Shown in pieces: positions 1 to 10,685 of a DNA stretch of 64,000 bases (positions within the stretch are counted from its first letter, which is position 1; each line of letters begins with the position of its first letter). Origin of the DNA: Deferribacterales bacterium (GTDB lineage: Bacteria > Chrysiogenota > Deferribacteres > Deferribacterales > Geovibrionaceae); NCBI GenBank assembly GCA_050253075.1, contig JBFWJS010000002.1:320001-384000 (forward strand), written 5' to 3'. The translations under genes and the position numbers were made by a program. The notes under the pieces were generated by a model. That model did not search any database. It worked only from the letters and a program-made list of their open reading frames with translations, and had not been told where the DNA came from.

Positions 1-851
1 GTGAGACCGTTTGAAGCAAGGGGGAGTTTATACGCTGCTCTGCCGTTCACCAGACCGCCTGTGGTGCTGGTGATACCGCTGATGAAAAGTCTGTCGCCAA
101 TTCCTAAAGGAGAGTTTATCCCCGCACCTGCCATCACTCTGTTCGTACCGGTATATCTGAGTCCGTAGTTGTCTCCTATGAGATACCCATACACTCTCGG
201 AGTGGCAATGACGCTTATGTCGAAGCTGCTCGTTCCGAATTCATCCCCGGGCTTGATGTTTATCTTATTCAGATTCGCACCGGGAGTTTTATTCACCAAT
301 ATCATCTGACGCTCTACATCTTCGGCTTTGATAGTCTTCCCTTCTGTCATTTTGCCTATGATGCCGTTTATCCTTTTACTGCTTACGAGTGATTTGTTGT
401 CTACGTTCACAGAGCCGTACTCACCCTCGAGTATCACTATCTCGATGATGCCGTCTATTATCTCCTGCTTAGGCACGTATGCCTTCGCAACGAAAAATCC
501 ATTGTCTCTGTAATACTTTGTAAGCTCTTCGGCAACGGCATTTATCTCCGCCAGCGTCAGCTCACGGTTTATATTCTCAGGCTTGTTTGCTATGTCTGTC
601 AGCACCTCTGTGCTGATTGCTTTATTTCCTGAAACAGTGAAACCTTTGACAAGCATTGTCCGCTGGTCTGTCATCTTCATCTGAGGTCTGAGGTTTTCCT
701 TCAGTTCAGGCAGAGGGCTCTGCTTTTTCGGGATATCCTGCGGAGGTTCGACCTGTTTCAGCGCATCGCCTATATTAGGAACAGGCGCCGCATATGCAGC
801 AGCAGCGAAGCTCACTATCAAAAGTGCTGTTAATAATCTATTTATTTTCAT
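1..851 (-). CDS. ShlB/FhaC/HecB-family two-partner secretion transporter (TpsB); 3' end runs off the window
   Basis: Manual translation from ATG at 851: MKINRLLTALLIVSFAAAAYAAPVPNIGDALKQ (signal peptide), POTRA motif YYRDNGFFVAKAYVPKQEIIDGIIEIVILEG, then barrel start DNYGLRYTG; lies directly downstream of TpsA. Confidence 0.9.
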   Translation of the reverse strand, partial: MKINRLLTALLIVSFAAAAYAAPVPNIGDALKQVEPPQDIPKKQSPLPELKENLRPQMKMTDQRTMLVKGFTVSGNKAISTEVLTDIANKPENINRELTLAEINAVAEELTKYYRDNGFFVAKAYVPKQEIIDGIIEIVILEGEYGSVNVDNKSLVSSKRINGIIGKMTEGKTIKAEDVERQMILVNKTPGANLNKINIKPGDEFGTSSFDISVIATPRVYGYLIGDNYGLRYTGTNRVMAGAGINSPLGIGDRLFISGITSTTGGLVNGRAAYKLPLASNGL

Positions 852-871
852 TATTTAATCCTTACCTATAC

Positions 872-3800
872 TTATTCCGGCATCCTTATACCGCCGTTGA
901 TGATCTCAACAAGCCCGGTATACTGACCGCTGAAGCCTCTGCCGGCTCCGATATATCCTATCTGAGCACCGTCACCGCTATCGCCGATCTGCTCTCCGCC
1001 GTTGCCTGCTTCACCTGCTCCTGCATTACCCGATTCACCTGATCCGCTCTGCTGAGTATATTCAGGTGCTGAAGCAGGAGTATATTCAGGTATCTGGATA
1101 ACAGGCTGAGACGCAAGGTTGCTCATAATAGCCGGTGTTATGCTGGCTAAGAGCATCTGAGACTGTTGAGAATCGTCGGCAAGAACTGTCATGGTGTATT
1201 CATCTGTGCCGAGGGTATAGTTGTCGTCTGTCAGCTCGGCAGTGATGGTGTATTCACCAGCAGGGAGTGTCCCCGCCTCTGCCTGAGACGTAACGTCGTT
1301 GCCGTCGGCATCATATACAGTATAGGCAACCGTGCCCGTAACATTGCCCGGGTCGTCTGTGTAGCTGATGCTTATGGACGAAAGGTCGCTGCCGTATTCG
1401 ATGGTGGAAGGCGTGAGTGTATAGCCAAGTGATTTCTGTTCTACCGTAAATGTTGTTGTCGCTGTACCTGCGGTGTAGTTGCTGTCTGTGAGCGAAACAT
1501 GCACAGTGTATGTGCCTGCACCGAGCGTACCTGCATCTGCCTGTGCTGTTACGTCATTGCCGTCGGCATCCAGCACTGTGTATGCTGTCGAGCCTGTTAC
1601 ATCGGCTCCGCCGTCCACAACGCCTGTAAAGCTAACGTCCACGCTATATGAATCACCGTATGTCACAGTGTCTTCGCCGAGGGCTATCCCCAGCTCTTTC
1701 TTGCCCAGAGTGATCTGTGCGCCTGTGTTTGTCACTGTGTATTCGCCGTCTATCAGCACGGATACCGTATATGTACCTGCGGTCAGAGTTCCTGCTTCTG
1801 CCTGGCTTGTTACATCGTTGCCTTCGGCATCTGTAATCTTATACTCCACAGTGTCATAACCATCTGCATTCGCAAGGAAATCAGACACTAAAAGCCCTGT
1901 GCCGTATGTGTATGTTCCGTCCACTGTCAGGGCGACATCTGTGATGTCCTGCCACTGAAGGAGAGGCAAGCCGAGGTTTGTATTCGCACCTGTCCAGAGT
2001 GCAGAGTCCCATGCAGTATACATTGCCTCGAGTATCTCATCGTCTGAGGCTGCTATATTATTTGCGTTTTCTGTTATATTAGGGTTGGCATCTGAGCTGT
2101 AGAAGCTGTTTGTGATAGTACCTGAAGCATAATAGACCAGTCCGTTGACGTTACTGGTTCCTGAAACAGTACCAAGACCGTAGCTATCTGTTATTGAGCC
2201 TCCATCAATCTTTCCTACGAGAGAGCCGACATAGTTCGTCCATCGACATTACCTGTTGCGTAGCTGTCTGTGACTGTCTGAACTGTCATACCGCCTATAA
2301 GTCCGCCTGCATAATTATTGCTACCTTTGATATCTCCGGTGGCATAGCTGTTTGAAACGGATCCATTTGTGAAGTATCCTATAAGACCGCCGACATAATT
2401 ATACCCGCTGGCGTTCCCTGTGGCATAGCTTCCGGAGATAACATTATCTTCGCTGGTTGCCGCTCCGAGAAGCCCGCCGACTGCCGAAGAAGTCGGGCCG
2501 ACGTTAGCTGTGTTGGAGTTGACATCACCGGTGGCGTAGCTGTCTGTTACATCTACACCCTGAATTACGCCCACAAGACCTCCGACATAGTTTCCACTAG
2601 AGTCGACATCACCTGTGGCGTAACTATTTGTTATAGAACTGAGTGCCGCACTACCCACGAGTCCTCCGGTGTATGTACCACCTTTAACATCCCCTGTGGC
2701 ATAGCTGTTTGATATATCTATAAATTGCGCATACCCCACCAGACCGCCTGCCTGGTCTGCTCCGCCGCTTGTCACATCGGCTGTGGAGTAGCTGTCTTTT
2801 ATGCTCATATTGTCTACGAATCCAAAAACAGAACCAACGAGTCCCCCGACAGGATTTATACCGGATAACGAGGAATTCTCTACTTTCCCTTCGCTGAAAC
2901 TGCTTGCGATGTTAGTTCCCTCATTTAATTCTCCCACAAGCCCGCCGATAGAAGAAGCTCCATAAACGTCGACATCAACACCCGTATTATAGATGTATGT
3001 GTTTGTGACTGACCCTGCCAGAGCACCCACATACCATCCTCCTGTAGAATGGACATGTGCATTGTCGACAAAGATGTTGCTAAGCACGGCGCCGTTTGTC
3101 ACACCGAAGAGACCTACATAGTTAGAATTCACAGCATCTATAGTCAGGTTTGAAACAGAGTGACCGAGACCGTTCATTTTACCTGTGAAAGGAGATCCGT
3201 TTGAGCCTATGTATGAATAATTTACACCTGTAAGATCGAGGTCTGCGCCCAGTGCATAGCTTCCGCTGAGAGCACCCGACATTGCTGCCCATTCGGCATA
3301 GTCATTTATTATGGTATATGACACGCCGTTCATGGTGAGGCTGCTCGTATCGCTGAGGTTTACGACGCCTTCCCCAAGGGTGACTTTCATGTCGCCGCCG
3401 TATTCAAAGTCGATACCGCCTGTGTTGTTTACATTTATAGTACTGTTCACTGTGATGTCTTCTGCGGCATCCAGTGTCAGAGTATTTGCGTTTATAGTGA
3501 TGTCGGCATCTACTGTGATGCTTCCGTCTGATGTCGTCACGTCCGCATTACCGGATGCGAGCTGGCCTTCCAGTGTCGCAGCCATCGCTGAGTCTATAGT
3601 CACATCTGTCGGGTCTATGAGCCAGTGCCCCGTTGTGATGTTTGTGCCTTCTTCTATGTTCAGCTCGGCACCTGATGTTTCTATGAATCCTTCGCCTTTA
3701 CCCGTGGTGATTGTACCGCCTACGTTAGCCGTACCGCCGTGGGCAAAGATTATTACATCGCCTGAAAAGTCGTCCATTGTGGAAGCCTGCACAAGACCTG

Positions 3801-4557
3801 TATTATTCACAACGCCTGATATAAGCTCCTCTGCTGATGATGTGGTGAGGAATATATCACCGCCGTCTGCTATCACGGCACCGCTGTTCTCCACCAGAGC
3901 ATCCACGACGCTCTTATCCACTGTCAGCTCCACGAGAGAGTTGCCGTTAAGATTGATGGTGGCAGAGTCCGCACCGGACATATATATCTTTCCACGGACT
4001 ACATTTATGCTGCCTGAGTTACCTACATCAGCACCCAGTAGAGCCGCATAGCCCGCATCGGATATAGTGATGGAGCCCATGTTGATTACAGAAGCGTCCG
4101 AAGCATCTTTAAAGCTGTAATTGCCGTCCATGAAGTCTTTGTCAGACAGGCTCATTGTCGTAGCGACCAGACCTGCCGTGTTCACCGACGCATTTTTGCC
4201 GAAGAGCACTCCGTTTGAGTTCAGTATGAATACCTGTCCGTTAGCATTCAGCGCTCCGTTGATCACAGAGCTTTCGCTGCCGACTATGCGGTTCAGAGTG
4301 ATAGAGTCCTTATTCGGCTGTCTGAAATTGACCGTCTCGCCCCTGTCGATACTGAACGACTGCCAGTTGATAGCCGCATTTTGACTTGATTGGTTGATAG
4401 TTGTTGTCCCTGTAGTCTGAGTGATAGCTGCACTACCAGCCGAGACTACTCCTCCCGATGGACCTGCATCTGCAATAGCAACAGACAGCAGGAACGAGGC
4501 TGAAATCAGAAAGGTCATACCTTTCCTGATAATCCAAAACGGATTACGCGCCTTCAT
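872..4557 (-). pseudogene. Filamentous-haemagglutinin-family TpsA exoprotein (TPS domain, GLUG repeats, three C-terminal ~90-aa repeats), split by a 1-nt frameshift near 2240
   Basis: ATG 4557 with AGGAG RBS; TPS motifs AINWQSFSI, NANGQVFILNSNG; many (N/Y)VGGLVG/SYATGDV repeats; after GAT GG at 2244-2240 the reading continues in the frame of ORF 872..2023 as TNYVGSLVGKIDGGSITDSYG. Confidence 0.85.
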
Positions 4558-4776
4558 AAATATAACTCCTAGCTTATTAAATAGTAAGTTGTGTGTAATA
4601 TTGAAAAATTGTGTTTGATAAGCCCTGACATAAACAAATAATAAAAAAGTATAACAACTTTTTTTTATCAATACAAACTAAACTGATTCTAAATTTGCAT
4701 ATTTTTATAAAAAACATGCATAAACTCAATGATTTGAAAATTGGACAATTAGCCAATTATGGCACATGTGCACAAA

Positions 4777-5907
4777 TCACCTGTTTTTAATTATTTCCTC
4801 TACTATAAGAAGCCCGCTGTTTGCCGTTTTGCTATACGTGCGTATTTTTGATGCTTTCTGATATGCGTCTTTAACAGTTTCGAGGTCGTTCATCTGCCAC
4901 CCGCACACAGCACGGAGCATCTGTGCCTCGCCGTCGTTTTCGTCAGCTTTTTCCAGTGCCGTTAGCGCCTGTTCGTACTCACCCGCCATATACAGATACT
5001 TGCCTTTCAGCGTATGGAGGGCTCTGTCCGGGCTTTTATTGATCAGCATATCCATTGTCTCCACCCCTTTCTTATACTCACCTGCATAGATGTAATATTC
5101 CGAAAGTTTCAGCAGTTCTTCGTCCGTACTGCTAACCTTTGCCAGTGTTTTCGCGGCACGAACACTCGCACCGATATATCCGTACAGGTCTGCCAGATTC
5201 TTCAGGTCTTTTTCATCCGGTGCTTTGATAATGTGCGCAGTCTCCAGCGCAGATGCAGCCATTGTGTACTGCTCGAGGCTGAGATGAAGCTGTGACCTCA
5301 GCTCCCACATATCCCCGTCGTACGGGTTCTCTCTCAGGTATGACACAGTCAGGGCAAGGGCGGGTCTCGGCTTTCCGTTCTCGATCTTCACAGCCACTGC
5401 CAGCTTTAACCATTCGGGCTTGCGCTTCTTTTCCCTGCTGAACAGTTCGTCCATACGCTTTTCAGACACATCCATAGAGCCTTTCATATACCATGACGCA
5501 GCAGATCGGTAGAGTTCCTCGGGTGTGTTTGTCAGTCTGTAGAGCGTGTAGAAAAGCTCCCCTGCGTCGCTGAATTTACCCAGCTCATAAGCTGTCACTG
5601 CCGCATTACGGCAGAGGTCTTTATCATCCTGATATTTAGCGTGTCCTGAGGTAAATGTCTTAAATGCGGCATCCGCATCACCCATGCTGTACAGGGCGTT
5701 CCCCAACAGCAGGTAATAAAGCCCCGCATCGTCCGTGTGCTTCTTCCTGAACTCTGTCAGGGTATCCACGGCACCTTTAAAGTCTTTATTCTTTATCTTT
5801 TCCTGTGCTTTATGCAGAGCCGTCGCCAGTATCGGGGACAGCTTCACCTCTGCGTATGCGGACACACTGCAAAGGATCAAAGTGACAATAATTAGCTTCC
5901 TTATCAT
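4777..5907 (-). CDS. Periplasmic tetratricopeptide-repeat protein (TtpD-like, last gene of the TonB operon)
   Basis: Signal peptide (SAYA), TPR-like helices (YYLLLGNALYSMGDADAA), position after tonB. Confidence 0.8.
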   Translation of the reverse strand: MIRKLIIVTLILCSVSAYAEVKLSPILATALHKAQEKIKNKDFKGAVDTLTEFRKKHTDDAGLYYLLLGNALYSMGDADAAFKTFTSGHAKYQDDKDLCRNAAVTAYELGKFSDAGELFYTLYRLTNTPEELYRSAASWYMKGSMDVSEKRMDELFSREKKRKPEWLKLAVAVKIENGKPRPALALTVSYLRENPYDGDMWELRSQLHLSLEQYTMAASALETAHIIKAPDEKDLKNLADLYGYIGASVRAAKTLAKVSSTDEELLKLSEYYIYAGEYKKGVETMDMLINKSPDRALHTLKGKYLYMAGEYEQALTALEKADENDGEAQMLRAVCGWQMNDLETVKDAYQKASKIRTYSKTANSGLLIVEEIIKNR

Positions 5908-5910
5908 AAT

Positions 5911-6588
5911 CTATATCCTGAACTGGAACGGAGCGACAACCCATGTGCGCACCGCTTCTCCGTCATATATCCCCGCCTTGAATCTCCACCTTTTAACAGC
6001 ATCGATAGCGGCATCTTCAAATACCCCTGCAGGCTCGGCAGAGACAACGCTTATACGGCTGATCTGCCCGTTTTCATCCACGAGGAACCTGAGAACGACA
6101 TCCCCCGTGATACCCCTCCGCTTCGCAGCGAAAGGATAAACGGGTGCGGCTCTGAAAAGTGCCTGCGGAGGCGTGTCCACCTCGCCTATCTCGAAAGCCG
6201 TCCCCATGCCTGAGGTGAGCGACGTACCCTCCACCACGGGCATACTGACAGCCATGCCGTCTGCGAGGGAGGCATTCATGTCAAAGTTCATCTTCGGCGC
6301 AGAGAGCTCGGGCTTAGGTTTGTCAGCTCGTGCCTTGTCCTGCTTCACCTGCATCTCGGGCAGTTTTTTCGGTTTATTTTCTTCCACCCTTTTATCTGGC
6401 AGTTTCCTTTCGTCCTTCATCTCGGGCTTTGCGGTGTTGAAGCTGACAAAGCTGTCGAAGAGTTCTGCGGGCTTCTCCGCCGTCGCCACGGAGAGGAATG
6501 GTATACCGACGAATATCACTGCATTCATGAGCAGCGCCAGTAAAACACCACCTGCGACCATCGGGTTTATATTCAGCTTATCTTTCAT
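5911..6588 (-). CDS. tonB: Energy transducer TonB
   Basis: N-terminal TM helix, Pro/Lys-rich linker, C-terminal YPFAAKRRGITGDVVLRFLVDENG...FEDAAIDAVKRWRF. Confidence 0.95.
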   Translation of the reverse strand: MKDKLNINPMVAGGVLLALLMNAVIFVGIPFLSVATAEKPAELFDSFVSFNTAKPEMKDERKLPDKRVEENKPKKLPEMQVKQDKARADKPKPELSAPKMNFDMNASLADGMAVSMPVVEGTSLTSGMGTAFEIGEVDTPPQALFRAAPVYPFAAKRRGITGDVVLRFLVDENGQISRISVVSAEPAGVFEDAAIDAVKRWRFKAGIYDGEAVRTWVVAPFQFRI

Positions 6589-6996
6589 CTATTCCTTCTT
6601 AGCAGCGACACTTATCTGCTGTACACCCGCCAGACGACAAGCATCGAGAACCCTGATAACCTCGCCTGTACGGCTGCTCTCGTCAGCGGCGATAACCACC
6701 GAGCCCTCGGGTGTTTCGGCAAGGAATCTCTCCATCAGCCCTCTGACGGAGCGGATATCCACCACCCGTCCGTCCATGTATACCTGTCCGTCCTTTGTCA
6801 CGGATATTATTACGTTTGTCTTCTCCTGAGATGCCGCACTGGCTGCCTTCGGTCTGTTCACATCTACGCCCGATTCCTTGACAAAGCTGGTGGTAACTAT
6901 GAAAAATATCAGGAGTATGAATATCATATCTATCAGCGGGGCCATGTTTATCTCCACTGTTTTTGCTCTGCGGAGCCTGCTCATTCTTCTGTTCAT
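6589..6996 (-). CDS. exbD: Biopolymer transporter ExbD
   Basis: EINMAPLIDMIFILLIFFIVTTSF signature. Confidence 0.95.
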   Translation of the reverse strand: MNRRMSRLRRAKTVEINMAPLIDMIFILLIFFIVTTSFVKESGVDVNRPKAASAASQEKTNVIISVTKDGQVYMDGRVVDIRSVRGLMERFLAETPEGSVVIAADESSRTGEVIRVLDACRLAGVQQISVAAKKE

Positions 6997-7592
6997 ACTT
7001 CCAGCTCCTTCACCAGCATATGCCCGAAGAGCTTCACCCTGTCCTGCAGGACGCTCGCCCTCCGCCTCAGCAGATTACCCACTATCAGCCCGGGCACGGC
7101 AACAACCAAGCCCGCCTGTGTGGTTATCAGGGCTATGGATATGCCAGATGCCATCGCCTTCGGATTACCCGTGCCATAGAGCGATATAACGTCAAACGTG
7201 CTTATCATCCCCGTCACAGTGCCGAAAAGTCCGAATAGGGGCGCAGCCGAAGCCAGTACCAGAACAGTCGTGATATGTCTGCCCATCCCCGATGCCACGG
7301 AGTCGGTGAAGTCATCTATTAGCCTCTTGCGGTGCTTGCCTTTCAGGTGTGACGCATCCATAGCAAAGTTCAGCATCTTCACCTGCCACTCAGCTCCTCT
7401 CGCCTCTTTCCCTGCGGCACATTCGTGTATGCACTCTTCGAAGGGGACTTCGCTCTTTCTTATCCGCAAAAGCTGAAAGACCTTCACAAATATCAGCACC
7501 CACATATACAGCGACGAGATAAGCAGTGCGGGCATTACAATCCCTCCGCTTATAAAGTGCTGTACGGTCTTTTCTATGATAGCCGCTATCAC
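6993..7592 (-). CDS. exbB: MotA/TolQ/ExbB proton channel
   Basis: APLFGLFGTVTGMI...GISIALITTQAGLVVAVP. Confidence 0.93.
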   Translation of the reverse strand: MIAAIIEKTVQHFISGGIVMPALLISSLYMWVLIFVKVFQLLRIRKSEVPFEECIHECAAGKEARGAEWQVKMLNFAMDASHLKGKHRKRLIDDFTDSVASGMGRHITTVLVLASAAPLFGLFGTVTGMISTFDVISLYGTGNPKAMASGISIALITTQAGLVVAVPGLIVGNLLRRRASVLQDRVKLFGHMLVKELEV

Positions 7593-8968
7593 GCTATGCT
7601 CCTGCTTTTCTCATTTTTCAGTATCGCAACGGTGAATCTTGTTCCCTTCTCTTCGATGTCGGAGAGTATCCTGTCCACCCTGCGCTCCAGCATGTGGTGA
7701 CACAGCATCACGGGTATCGCCACGGCGAGACCTAGCTGAGTGGTTATCAGTGCCTCTGATATACCTCCGGACATCATCCTCGGGTCACCGGTGCCGAATA
7801 TGGTCAGTATGTTGAAAGTATTTATCATACCTGTCACGGTACCGAGCAGACCGAGCAGAGGGGCAACGGCAGCCAGTATGCTGAGTGTCGGCAGGAAGCG
7901 TTCCATACGGGGCAGCTCCCTGAGTATCGCCTCCTGCATCGCATTTTCTATAACTTCCTGTGTCTCACCCAGATGCGCCATCGTACTGCGGAGCACCCTG
8001 CAAGTAGGAAACTCGGAGTTTTCATCACAAAATCTATTACATGCTTCCCAGTCGTTCTTCTCCGCACACGCCATAATGTTATCCATGCGCTTTGTGGATG
8101 TAGACTTTATCCTCGTGAGCACAAACGCCCTCTCCAGTATCAGCACCAGAGCAATGAGCCCCACACCGATAATAGGATAAGCCAGCACCCCGCCCCCTTT
8201 GATAGAGGCAAGGAACGAATGACCGCCCTCAAGCTGCTGAAAGGATACCCCGCCGGAGAAATCCATAGGATACACCTCGCCATCTTCCAGAGCATCGGCA
8301 GCATCCGAAGGGAACCTTCCGCTGACGGCTATCAGCCTGTCCCCCTGAGCGTTTGATTTGAGCAGACCGTATCCGTCGCCCGATTTATAATATGCGCTGA
8401 AACGCCCGAGCCTGATTATATTCACAGGCAGTTCCGAGCCGTCCTGCGCAACAACCATCCCCTGATATCTGTCTATCTCTCCCCCTGCGCGCATCTCGTG
8501 GAAATATATATCTGCCAGAGATTTAATGCTCTCAATACCGGGGAATCGTTTGCTGTCCATCATCTCTGCCACAGTGTCCACACGTTCGGGTGAACCCGCC
8601 GTAACAGGGTTCGACCTTATCATCTCATCCGCATCCTTGACAGAGGCACGCACCGCACCCTCGAGAGCCTTTATCTCGTCCTGACGGTTCTCCAGCTCAT
8701 CGGTCAGCTTCTTTTCCGTATCCAGCAGGGATTCGAACTCTTGCTTCAGGTCTGCGTATACTTTTTCGAGGCGTTTCACCTCTGCGGATGCTTCTTTCAC
8801 CGTCATAGCGGCGTTTCTCTTCTGCTCTGTTACTGCATCGCCAAAGGCTTTATTCTCTGCCTTTACCTCGTTCATTTTCCCCTGCATAGCGGCCTCTGCG
8901 GAGGTGTCGGCAAATGCTCCGAATGTGAAAACCTGAAATATAATCAGCCACATTATTATCCTAGTCAT
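7589..8968 (-). CDS. Long ExbB-family protein with periplasmic coiled-coil N-terminus (TtpC-like)
   Basis: Signal peptide, coiled coil, C-terminal APLLGLLGTVTGMI...GGISEALITTQLGL. Confidence 0.88.
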   Translation of the reverse strand: MTRIIMWLIIFQVFTFGAFADTSAEAAMQGKMNEVKAENKAFGDAVTEQKRNAAMTVKEASAEVKRLEKVYADLKQEFESLLDTEKKLTDELENRQDEIKALEGAVRASVKDADEMIRSNPVTAGSPERVDTVAEMMDSKRFPGIESIKSLADIYFHEMRAGGEIDRYQGMVVAQDGSELPVNIIRLGRFSAYYKSGDGYGLLKSNAQGDRLIAVSGRFPSDAADALEDGEVYPMDFSGGVSFQQLEGGHSFLASIKGGGVLAYPIIGVGLIALVLILERAFVLTRIKSTSTKRMDNIMACAEKNDWEACNRFCDENSEFPTCRVLRSTMAHLGETQEVIENAMQEAILRELPRMERFLPTLSILAAVAPLLGLLGTVTGMINTFNILTIFGTGDPRMMSGGISEALITTQLGLAVAIPVMLCHHMLERRVDRILSDIEEKGTRFTVAILKNEKSRSIA

Positions 8969-9725
8969 TTACCGCCTCCCTAGCTGAAACAGGGAGGTAT
9001 ATTACCTCCATCATACGCTTACGTTCCGCTATCTCTGCGGCTTTGATGATCTCATTCTTATATTTTCCGTCGAGCTGAACCCACTTCATATCCTGAAGAG
9101 AGTAATAGCCGAAGTTTTTATTGTCAGGTGTCATGTAGTAGTAGCCGAGCCTGCCGAAGCGGTAAAGCCCCGCCGTGAGCTCTTCCCCGTTCACGTTTAT
9201 AGCCTCTGTGGTGACTTCTATCCCTTTCACATAGTCCGCCTCCACTTTCAGAGCTTCCAGTATCCTCCTCAGCTTTTCCCCTGCGGATATTCTGTAGTCC
9301 GCCAAAGAACCCCTGAGGAAGTCGAGCCTCTCGCTCCGCTCCCTCCGCAGGAAAGGCATGTCGGAGGCTATGAAGTCCTCCAGCCTTTTAAGAGTTTCGT
9401 CCAGATACGGTTCCAGCTCCTCGGCTATCCTTGTCAGCTCTTCCTTCTTTCTGTTCAGCTCGCTGATGTTTGAGTTAATTGTCACGATATACTTCTTATA
9501 CTGATAGATACGGTTCTCCAGCCACGTACGCTGAATGTACAGCTCTCTGAGCTTTTCTTCCTTTTCACTTTTTTCACCCTGCCAGCGTGCATTTCCGGAG
9601 CTTATCTCCGACTGTTTTTTCAACTGCTCAGAGTAGGACTCTCCGAGTTCATTGAGTGTTTCCGCCGTCACAGACGACGCCGCAAGGAACGCCAGCATCG
9701 TTAATAACAAAATCTTTGATCTCAT
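8961..9725 (-). CDS. DUF3450-like periplasmic coiled-coil protein (TtpB-like)
   Basis: Signal peptide; LEDFIASDMPFLRRERSERL...EKLRRILEALKVE pattern; first gene of TonB2-type operon. Confidence 0.8.
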   Translation of the reverse strand: MRSKILLLTMLAFLAASSVTAETLNELGESYSEQLKKQSEISSGNARWQGEKSEKEEKLRELYIQRTWLENRIYQYKKYIVTINSNISELNRKKEELTRIAEELEPYLDETLKRLEDFIASDMPFLRRERSERLDFLRGSLADYRISAGEKLRRILEALKVEADYVKGIEVTTEAINVNGEELTAGLYRFGRLGYYYMTPDNKNFGYYSLQDMKWVQLDGKYKNEIIKAAEIAERKRMMEVIYLPVSAREAVND

Positions 9726-9761
9726 TTATCTTCACCTGTCTTAAATAATTGCCGTTTTAAA

Positions 9762-10685
9762 TTAGATTTCCTTTCCGGTTTTCCCCGAATTTATATCATC
9801 ACCCAATCTAATGGTGTTTAAGCCGTTTACAGGGCATATCTTGCAGAATTCATTAGGATTCTTTCTGTATTGTTCACGTACGGCACTGGGGGAAAACCCG
9901 AAACGCTTACGGAATATGCGGCTGAAATACAGCGGGTCGAAGTATCCCGTGCGTGATGCCACCTCCCCTATGGGGCTGTCTGTGGTGATCAGCAGTTCCT
10001 TCGCCCTGTTCAGCCTGTAAGCTGTCAGATAATCTCCCGGTCCCATCCCTGCGTGCTTGCTGAAAACATAGAAGAGCCTGTTCTCGTTCACTCCGTTCTG
10101 CTCTGCCAGCCCGCTGACCGTTATTTCGTTCATATAGTTTTCGTGGATGAATGCAGATACCGACTCAAAGAGTTCCTGTGCATCTTCGCTCTGAGGTCTG
10201 TTTACACACATGAACACTTCTTCAAGTATGCATCTGAAGAGCATCTCGCACCTAAAGGAAGAGAGAGCACCCGGCTGATCGGATGCCTTCCATATCTTCC
10301 ATAACAGCTCGGTCAGTTTTCTGCTTTGCCCTGTTTTCAGCTCAAAGTGAAGGTTTGCTGGGTTTATCTCAGAATCTGATGATAAAAACTCATAGGGCAC
10401 GAATATCAGTTCCCACTTTCCGCTGCCTAGCACACGTTTATCCAGAGACATGTCGCCCCCGCCGTGTATAACATTCCCCGGATATGCTATGTACGGCGTG
10501 CCGTTAAAGCAGAACTCCGCCCGACCGCTGAGGGGGAATATAAACCCGGGGAAAGGCGATGTCCTCTGCCATCCCTTAGTCCCAGGCTCCACTACGAAAT
10601 GATGCACGCCCTTAAGCCTGAAGTGGTTTTCGGTGAAGCATCTTACGAGTTGATTCAGTTCGATATCCATGTCGTTACCTTTCAC
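9762..10685 (-). CDS. AraC-family transcriptional regulator
   Basis: C-terminal double HTH: RLNRAKELL...IGEVASRTGYFDPLYFSRIFRKRFGFSP. Confidence 0.93.
   Translation of the reverse strand: MKGNDMDIELNQLVRCFTENHFRLKGVHHFVVEPGTKGWQRTSPFPGFIFPLSGRAEFCFNGTPYIAYPGNVIHGGGDMSLDKRVLGSGKWELIFVPYEFLSSDSEINPANLHFELKTGQSRKLTELLWKIWKASDQPGALSSFRCEMLFRCILEEVFMCVNRPQSEDAQELFESVSAFIHENYMNEITVSGLAEQNGVNENRLFYVFSKHAGMGPGDYLTAYRLNRAKELLITTDSPIGEVASRTGYFDPLYFSRIFRKRFGFSPSAVREQYRKNPNEFCKICPVNGLNTIRLGDDINSGKTGKEI

Noticed and set aside
4678..4700. Possible Fur box upstream of tpsA
   Set aside because: Best alignment only 11/19 in very AT-rich DNA
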